Assembly (NCBI GenBank): GCA_039586365.1
Contig: JBDHKN010000029.1
Location: forward strand, 1-64,000
Length of the DNA: 64,000 nt
Origin: Gemmatimonadota bacterium
GTDB lineage: Bacteria; Gemmatimonadota; Gemmatimonadetes; Gemmatimonadales; GWC2-71-9
Direction: 5' to 3'
A program made the translations under genes and the position numbers. The notes below the pieces were generated by a model. That model was not told the DNA's origin, did not search any database, and was given only the letters and a program-made list of their open reading frames with translations. Shown here in pieces: positions 57,519 through 64,000 of this stretch (positions within the stretch are counted from its first letter, which is position 1; each line of letters begins with the position of its first letter).

Positions 57519-60323
57519 TCACCGTGTGCCTGACAACTCGGCCACTCTGCGTCGGGCGTCAACTAGGGCCACGAGGTCGTCGTCGCCATCCTGCCAAATC
57601 TCCAAGAATCGGTGATAGTACTCGAGAGCCTGGGCCACATTGCCTTGTTGTTGGTGAATGCTGCCGAGCTGGTAGTGCGCCAGAATCCAGGGTTCCTGAG
57701 CCTCCCAGCCCAGGTCAGGATCGGTTACCATGGTCTGATATTGGGCCTTGGCCGTTTCTAAGTTACCGCCAACGAAATTGGCGTAAGCCAAGGACTCCAG
57801 GTAATAGTTGTCGTCTCGCAGTGCGTGAGCTGTCTGGAATTTGTCGATGGCCTCCGCGGTATTCCCTCGTGTGAGCGCCACCTCGCCGCTGAGCAGTGCG
57901 ACTGCAGCTCGGTCGGTTGGGTTCTCCTCGTCCAGCCTCGCGACAGCGTCTGCGAGGAGTTGTTCGGTCTCCTCTACCAGACCGCTTCGCGCGTGTGTCT
58001 TTCCCGCGTAAGCCAGCCAGCTCGGCGCGATAGAGACCGGTCGGGCGAGTGCGCGCACCCTAGCCAGCTCTTCCTGAAATGGGACGGTCTTACCGCTTGC
58101 CCTGTAAGCGACCGCGAGATACAGCCGGGTGCGTAGCTCACTCAATGCGGCGCCCACGGTCTGTTGCAGCACGGCAGCCTGCTTAAGGTCTTCTCGTGCT
58201 TCGCCGTATCTACCAACGTACATCTTGAGTAGACCCAACGACCGCAGTCCCAGCGCGCGTTGCTCATCGTTTCCTGAGAGCATGCGGACGAACGTCTCCT
58301 CAGCACTCTCGAGGTCTCCCATCTCGGCATAGTTGAAGCCGAACTCGTGATTCAGATTACTACTGGTGAGCCATTCCGGAACCAGCTCAAAGGCCTTGAG
58401 GTAGTACTGCACGGCCTCAGCGCGACGGTCCAGCTGATGGTAGCTGGTAGCCAAGTTTATGTATGCCGCAGCGTTGCTGGAATCGATCTCGGCCACTCGC
58501 TCGAACGCATCGATCGCAGCGAGGCTCTGGCCAAGGCGTAATTGGGCGTATCCCAGGCGAAACCAAGCGCTCCTATCATCTGGATATCGGGTCAGGAAAA
58601 TGTTGTAAGCGTCGATGGCCGCTTGTCTGTTCTCCTTCCAGTTGTGGATCTCGGCCTGAATCCAGAGCCGCTCTCGCTCCGTAACACGGTCGGACAGAGA
58701 CAGCGCTCGGTTGAAGTGGTGCTCCCCGTTGGAACGATCGCCGGCATTGTAGTAGGCAGCGCCCAGATCACTGTGAGCCATGGCGAAGTTTGAGTCCAAT
58801 TCGATGGCGCGCTGGTAGAGGGCTATTGCCTCGGCACCACGTCGCAGACCCCAATGCCACTCGGCTTCACTCCACGCCTGCAGCGCCTCCAGGGAGGGTG
58901 TTGTGGCTTGACCCAGCTCAACGCCACGCCGGGTGATGGCAAGCAATGATTCACCGAGATCGTGACGGAGACGACGCGCCAGCTTGTCCAATGCCGGCAG
59001 TACTTCGCCGGTGCCTGTCGCCCGTGAAGACCGAGCCTTCAGGTCCGTCCCTGTCGTCGGATCGACGATGCGAATCGCCAGCACGTACACCGAGTCGAAG
59101 CGATCGATGCTCGGCACCACCAGGACTCGGACATTTTCGCGCAATGCGATCTCCCGCCCCAGCGCCTCGTCGATAGTCCCTACGTCCTCCCGCTGCATCC
59201 GCTGCAACGTTTCGGCGATACGGGTCCGCGGAAACACGTTCACGTACTGTGATTGCTGTAGGCCGACAGTCAACGCCGTGTTGAGCGAGCGATTGAACAC
59301 CGAGTCACCAGTGGTGTTCTGGACGTCGGTTATCAGGATCCAGTCACGTTTGCCGAACCCGATCTCGTTGGCTGAATAGAGAGCGACCACTGCCCCGGCG
59401 CTGACTAACAGGGCAGCGGCGGTGACCGAGATCACCAGCCTGGGAATACGGCGACGCCTGGTGGGAATGGCCTGGAGACTGATGGCGGAATCCGCAGTCG
59501 CGAGTGCTTCGACGAACTGAGCGGCGGTGGAGAATCGATCTGCCGGTGCCCGCGCCAACGTCTTCATGACCACGGTCTCGAGGCCGTCCGGTACCGTATC
59601 CCGTACCACCCTGAGGCTCGGCGCTGCCTCGGCCGTCTTCCGGGCGAGAATTGCCTGCGGCGTTGAGCCGGTGAACGGCGGATCACCGCCCAGCATCTCG
59701 TACAGGACGCACCCAAGAGAGTAAAGGTCACTCCTCCCGTCGAGCTCTCGGGCACCCGAAGCCTGCTCCGGACTCATATAAGCTGGCGTGCCTACGGCAA
59801 GGCCCACATCCGTCAGGCGTCCCTCCCCGGCTTCCGCTATGGCCCGCGCGATGCCGAAGTCCGCGATCACCGCGTGTCCGGCTTCGAACAACACATTCTC
59901 GGGCTTGATGTCCCGATGGATGACACCCAGGCTGTGCGCATAGCTCAACGCGTCCGCGATCTCACGGCCTATTCTCAGGGCGTCTTCCAACGGCAACTGT
60001 ATCTCGCGAGTCAGGCGATCCCGCAAGGTCTCTTCCGCTACATATGGCATCACGTAGTACAGCAGTCCGGCGGCTTCGCCGGAATCGTACAGCGGCATGA
60101 TGTGGGGATGGGTGAGCTTCGCTGCGATCTCGATCTCCCGCAGGAACCGATCCGCTCCCAAGGTAGCCGCAAGGTCAGGATGGAGTACCTTGACCGCCAC
60201 CTTGCGGTTGTGCTTCAGGTCGAGCGCGAGGTACACGATGGCCATACCCCCACGACCGATCTCCCGCTCGATCTGGTAGCGATCAGCAACAGCTGCCTTG
60301 ACGCGGTCCAGCAGTTCGGCCAT
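57519..60323 (-). CDS. Hanks-type Ser/Thr kinase with TM helix and TPR region (intact)
   Basis: IGRGGMA, VAVK, HRDIKPEN, DFG, GTPAYMSPEQ; TM helix; TPR repeats. Confidence 0.95.
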   Translation of the reverse strand: MAELLDRVKAAVADRYQIEREIGRGGMAIVYLALDLKHNRKVAVKVLHPDLAATLGADRFLREIEIAAKLTHPHIMPLYDSGEAAGLLYYVMPYVAEETLRDRLTREIQLPLEDALRIGREIADALSYAHSLGVIHRDIKPENVLFEAGHAVIADFGIARAIAEAGEGRLTDVGLAVGTPAYMSPEQASGARELDGRSDLYSLGCVLYEMLGGDPPFTGSTPQAILARKTAEAAPSLRVVRDTVPDGLETVVMKTLARAPADRFSTAAQFVEALATADSAISLQAIPTRRRRIPRLVISVTAAALLVSAGAVVALYSANEIGFGKRDWILITDVQNTTGDSVFNRSLNTALTVGLQQSQYVNVFPRTRIAETLQRMQREDVGTIDEALGREIALRENVRVLVVPSIDRFDSVYVLAIRIVDPTTGTDLKARSSRATGTGEVLPALDKLARRLRHDLGESLLAITRRGVELGQATTPSLEALQAWSEAEWHWGLRRGAEAIALYQRAIELDSNFAMAHSDLGAAYYNAGDRSNGEHHFNRALSLSDRVTERERLWIQAEIHNWKENRQAAIDAYNIFLTRYPDDRSAWFRLGYAQLRLGQSLAAIDAFERVAEIDSSNAAAYINLATSYHQLDRRAEAVQYYLKAFELVPEWLTSSNLNHEFGFNYAEMGDLESAEETFVRMLSGNDEQRALGLRSLGLLKMYVGRYGEAREDLKQAAVLQQTVGAALSELRTRLYLAVAYRASGKTVPFQEELARVRALARPVSIAPSWLAYAGKTHARSGLVEETEQLLADAVARLDEENPTDRAAVALLSGEVALTRGNTAEAIDKFQTAHALRDDNYYLESLAYANFVGGNLETAKAQYQTMVTDPDLGWEAQEPWILAHYQLGSIHQQQGNVAQALEYYHRFLEIWQDGDDDLVALVDARRRVAELSGTR

Positions 60324-60572
60324 AGGGGAATCTCGTCGGTGGTACTGAGACTAAGCTAGAGAGCGTACGTGGGCTGGGCTAGTGAGCACCAGCCGTGGTA
60401 CGCAATCTGTCCGCGCGAGGGGACAGAGTCACGGTCCCTGGCCTCCTTTGCATCTCGTAAGTCTATTCCATTAAGACATATAGAGTGGGGAACGCCATAC
60501 GCATATACCTTGCTAATATGGTTATTCATCATAGATATCCGTGTTGCGCTTGGGCATGGAGTTGGAGGCTCT

Positions 60573-61481
60573 ATGAATCCTTATGCCATGCGTTGGACCG
60601 CTAAGCCGATGGCAGTGAGGTTCCACTTCTGCAACAGCCTGCCGTTGCTGGTCCTCGTCGTCCTCGGCTGCGGGGAACTGACCGAACCGGTCGAAGCACT
60701 GCGACTCGAAAGTGAACACTTCGTGTTCTCCTCGACCACAGAGTGGGCAACGATGGCCGAGCTGGGGTTGGGCGTCGAGATCGCCGAAGGCCACTTCGGG
60801 AGCATTGAGAACATCGTCGGAGCCGCGAATGCTCCCACCGAGAAGATCACGGTGCGGCTCGAGGGAGACCTCCAGGATCGTGGTCCCTATTTCGATTTCT
60901 CCGGTGTTCACATGTACCGCTATCCGGACAGCGAAGGTGGCTACTGGGCCCTGCTGGCTCACGAGCTGGTGCACGCCTTTCGCGAAGACTACGTCGTGAG
61001 GGTGGAGGCGTGGAACTGGCTATCCTTCGGCTTCTTCGAGGAGGGGTTCGCGGAGTTTGTCGCACAGCTAATCGAGCCCGACAAGCGCGGCTTTCCGTTC
61101 TACGGTTTTCCGGAAGACGTGGTCGCCGGCCAGTGGCTGGTGCGCGGCGAGTACATACCACCTGCGACACTACGTGAGCGGCATGCAGAACTGAATCAAC
61201 CTTGTGAGATCCAAGCGTATCCGGAGCGCGCCTCTTGGTTCCGGTTCATGGACGAGGTCTACGGACGTCAGGCGGTGCTTGACTTGGCCTATCCGGACTC
61301 CGAGCCCAATACCGAAGTAGTGCAAGCCCTGTTGGGTGTGGGGCTCGAGCAACTGGACCAGCAGTGGGATGAGTGGCTCACGGCTCGGTATCAGGCCTAT
61401 CCGAACGCTGACCAAGTTGCGCAGCAGTTCCGGCAGCGAACCAGCGGCCACCGGGTGTGCCGCTCCGGAGTGGACTTCTAG
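60573..61481 (+). CDS. Putative zincin (gluzincin/peptidase MA-like) lipoprotein
   Basis: LAHELVH...FEEGFAEF; VLGC lipobox. Confidence 0.7.
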   Translation: MNPYAMRWTAKPMAVRFHFCNSLPLLVLVVLGCGELTEPVEALRLESEHFVFSSTTEWATMAELGLGVEIAEGHFGSIENIVGAANAPTEKITVRLEGDLQDRGPYFDFSGVHMYRYPDSEGGYWALLAHELVHAFREDYVVRVEAWNWLSFGFFEEGFAEFVAQLIEPDKRGFPFYGFPEDVVAGQWLVRGEYIPPATLRERHAELNQPCEIQAYPERASWFRFMDEVYGRQAVLDLAYPDSEPNTEVVQALLGVGLEQLDQQWDEWLTARYQAYPNADQVAQQFRQRTSGHRVCRSGVDF

Positions 61482-61518
61482 CAGCTATCTGCTCTCCGCT
61501 CCCTGCTCCCGGCTCCCT

Positions 61519-63237
61519 CTACCCCGCGAACAACGGTACGAAGTCGAACTGCTCCACGTCCACCAACCCCTTGTCGGTAAGCTTGAGACTGGGGATCACC
61601 TCGAGTGCAAGGAAACTCATCGCCATGAACGGATCGTGGAGCGTCGAGCCCAGTTGCTGCGCTGCGGCGATGAGTTGTGTCATCCGCTCGCGCACTTGCT
61701 CGATCGGCAGGTCGGACATCAGTCCCGCGATGGGAAGCGGCAGCAGCGCGAGAACTTCCTGACCGTCGGCAACAGCTTGCCCCCCGCGTGCCTCGGCCAC
61801 TGCCCGTGCCGCCGTGAGCATAGAGCCGTCATCGGCCCCGATCACGACCAAGTTGTGATGGTCGTGCGCCACTGTGCTGGCGATTGCTCCCCGCTGCAAT
61901 CCGATTCCAGTGACGAAACCGAGTCCGACGGTCCCCGACCGGCCGTGGCGCTCGATCACCGCCATCTTGAGCAGGTCGCGCGAGGGATCGGCCACCGCCA
62001 TCCCGTCGTCAACCAGCACCTGCATCAGCTTGTGTTCAGTCACAATCTGATCTGGAATGGCGCCGATGACACGAGCCCGGTGTCCTGTAGCACGGATCCT
62101 GAGATCGACCTTGCTCCAATCCACGCGCATCGTGTTGGTAGGAGATGTGGCATCGGCGGCGGGGCGGCCATCGAGCATACGGCCATCGCGGGCGACCAGC
62201 CTACCGCCTACGTAAACCTGGCTGGGACGCGGCTCGCTGAGATCGGAGAACACCAGGATGTCTGCCCGCCGGCCCGGAGTGATAGCGCCGCGGTCGTGCA
62301 GCCTGAAGTGCTCCGCCGTGTTCAGCGTGGCCATCCGGATCGCGGTCATGGGCGGCACGCCCTCAGCAATAGCCATACGGACCAGATGATCTATCGAGCC
62401 CTGCTCGAGCAGGTCCGGCGGCTCACGGTCATCGGTGCAGAGGCAAAGTCGCCGCTCGTTGGCCGGGGTCACGAGCGGCAGTAGCGCCTTGAGATTGTGC
62501 GCGTTAGTAGCTTCGCGGATGTAGATCGTCATACCGAGCCGCAACTTCTCCCGCGCCTCGGAGAGTGACGTACACTCGTGGTCGGAGGTGATGCCCGCAG
62601 CGACGTAGGCGTTGAGTTGTTTGCCAGTTAGGCCCGGGCAGTGTCCGTCGATGACACGACCTTCGAACGCCCTGATCTTGGCGAGCACTGCCTCGTCTCC
62701 GAATACCACACCGGGGAAGTTCATGACTTCGGCGAGGCCCAGGACTGCCATGTGGTCCCGCAAAGCGACGAGATCTTCAGCCGACAGTTCCGCGCCTGAG
62801 GTCTCCATGTGTGTGGCTGGTACGCACGAGGAGACGTTCACGAACATCGTAAACGGAGTGCCTATGGCATCCTCCAGCATGAAGCGGATGCCGTCCAGTC
62901 CCAGCACATTGGCAATCTCGTGCGGGTCCGAGACGACCGTGGTCACACCGTGGGGCACGACTGCCCGGGCGAATTCCCGCGGTGGGACCATTGCACTCTC
63001 GACGTGCACGTGGGCGTCGATGAAGCCGGGGCAGACGTATTGTCCGGCGAGGTCCACCGTGGTCCGGGCCTCATAGCCCGACCCGAGTCCTATGACCCGT
63101 GAGCCAGCAACCGCAATGTCCGTCGGATGGACCTCACCCGAAAGCACATTTACCAACTGTGCGTTAGCGAGCAGCAGATCTACCGGTGCATCGCCACGCG
63201 CGAGTGCGATGGTGTCAGCGAGGTTAGGTGTAAGCAT
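61519..63237 (-). CDS. ade: Adenine deaminase
   Basis: PGFIDAHVHVES, DPHEIANV, LAEVMNFPGV, DGHCP, SDHEC, CTDD, STVAHDHHN, SFLALEVIP.LKLTD.GL. Confidence 0.95.
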   Translation of the reverse strand: MLTPNLADTIALARGDAPVDLLLANAQLVNVLSGEVHPTDIAVAGSRVIGLGSGYEARTTVDLAGQYVCPGFIDAHVHVESAMVPPREFARAVVPHGVTTVVSDPHEIANVLGLDGIRFMLEDAIGTPFTMFVNVSSCVPATHMETSGAELSAEDLVALRDHMAVLGLAEVMNFPGVVFGDEAVLAKIRAFEGRVIDGHCPGLTGKQLNAYVAAGITSDHECTSLSEAREKLRLGMTIYIREATNAHNLKALLPLVTPANERRLCLCTDDREPPDLLEQGSIDHLVRMAIAEGVPPMTAIRMATLNTAEHFRLHDRGAITPGRRADILVFSDLSEPRPSQVYVGGRLVARDGRMLDGRPAADATSPTNTMRVDWSKVDLRIRATGHRARVIGAIPDQIVTEHKLMQVLVDDGMAVADPSRDLLKMAVIERHGRSGTVGLGFVTGIGLQRGAIASTVAHDHHNLVVIGADDGSMLTAARAVAEARGGQAVADGQEVLALLPLPIAGLMSDLPIEQVRERMTQLIAAAQQLGSTLHDPFMAMSFLALEVIPSLKLTDKGLVDVEQFDFVPLFAG

Positions 63238-63295
63238 GACCGTTGGTTCTGGTGGATAGGTGGGTACAATGATGTCCGCATGGCTGCGGGAGGGC

Positions 63296-63404
63296 TAGGG
63301 GGGGAGCGGGGAGCAGAGAGCGGAGAGCGGAGAGAACAGCTATCAGCTATCAACTAGTAGCTCCCCGCTCCCCGCTCCCCGCTCTCTACTTTCTCTCCTC
63401 TCCC
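63296..63404. repeat. Inverted arrays of heptamers (GGAGAGC/GGGGAGC versus GCTCCCC)
   Basis: ggggagc ggggagc agagagc ggagagc ... ctccccg ctccccg ctccccg; related tracts at 49291-49318, 54420-54506, 55555-55600 and 61482-61520. Confidence 0.8.
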
Positions 63405-63481
63405 TTGAACATACGTATCCGCGAAAGTTACTTTCCAGCCGCAGTCCGACTTGAGCTATCCCCGCAACCAGTGATCGAACC

Positions 63482-64000
63482 ATGAAGAGAACGCACCAGG
63501 ATCAGCTTACCGCACTCATCGGAGTCGTAGCCTTCATCATCTGTGGCGCGCAACCCCTCGAAGGGCAGGCCACAGAGACCGGATTTGTGAAGGAATTCGG
63601 CACGATGTGGACCTTCGACGCACCGCCGCTCGACTATTGGCAACAAACCTACGGGTTCCAGCCTGACCAGGCCTGGCTGAACCACGTACGTCTTGCGTCG
63701 GTCCGATTGCCTGGGTGCTCTTCGTCCTTCGTGTCTGAGAACGGTCTCGTGTTGACCAATCACCACTGCGCGCGCGGCTGCATATCGAACACGTCACCTC
63801 CCGATTCCAACTACCAAGAGACTGGTTTCGTGGCTCGGAACATGGCCGACGAAAAGCAGTGTCAGGGCGTGTGGGTAGATCAACTGCAGTCGATTGAGGA
63901 TGTGACCGCGCGGATCCGCGGTGCGGTAACGGCTGCTGCTGCGGTACAACAGGTTGAGCAACGCGACTCGGTGATCGATGCTGTCACCGCCGAGTGCGCG
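63482..64000 (+). CDS. S46-family peptidase (DPP7/DPP11-like), 5' part
   Basis: Hand translation: FGTMWTFDAPP...VRLASVRLPGCSSSFVSENGLVLTNHHCARGC; open to the window end. Confidence 0.9.
   Translation, partial: MKRTHQDQLTALIGVVAFIICGAQPLEGQATETGFVKEFGTMWTFDAPPLDYWQQTYGFQPDQAWLNHVRLASVRLPGCSSSFVSENGLVLTNHHCARGCISNTSPPDSNYQETGFVARNMADEKQCQGVWVDQLQSIEDVTARIRGAVTAAAAVQQVEQRDSVIDAVTAECA

Noticed and set aside
61336..62484. Long antisense or alternative-frame ORFs (also 10868-11896, 41800-42771, 51804-52730)
   Set aside because: Shadow ORFs of well-supported genes, expected in GC-rich DNA.

Overview
GC-rich bacterial DNA, most likely Gemmatimonadota (inferred from ADOP/PadR pairs, Hanks kinases starting 'L..ALADRY.IEREIG.GGMA', and many exported peptidases). 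The window has two parts. (1) About 1-28.5 kb is an accessory, decaying island. It is cut into 4.6-7.5 kb blocks by five same-orientation copies (600, 8131, 15491, 21316, 25913) of a structured non-coding repeat. The full repeat is tandem TGCAAACC boxes, 10-bp-phased GGGAC units, a GCTAA(G/C)TCGGTACAG box and the 3' half of tRNA-Trp(CCA) starting at the anticodon loop; the first and last copies add a terminator and a second tRNA 3'-end copy. This looks like a tandem array of integrase attachment junctions. The only integrase in view is a dead remnant after the last copy, and three copies abut the 5' end of a Ser/Thr kinase gene. Cargo includes a GGT-family enzyme, TolB-like propellers, LytS/LytTR, a GntR-ABC operon, ADOP permeases with PadR, a tannase-family esterase and an ankyrin-tetraheme cytochrome fusion, plus IS5/IS6/IS110 fragments and internally deleted genes. 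(2) About 28.6-64 kb is mostly intact backbone-like sequence: CPA2 antiporter, Tat-signal TldD with TldE, a heme-b/cupredoxin/polyferredoxin operon, M14/S41/M20/S46 peptidases, a PEMT-PAP2-Lgt triple fusion, D-aminoacylase, kinase-TPR and adenine deaminase, with heptamer tandem repeats in intergenic spaces. All calls come from motif recognition by eye; no database search was run.
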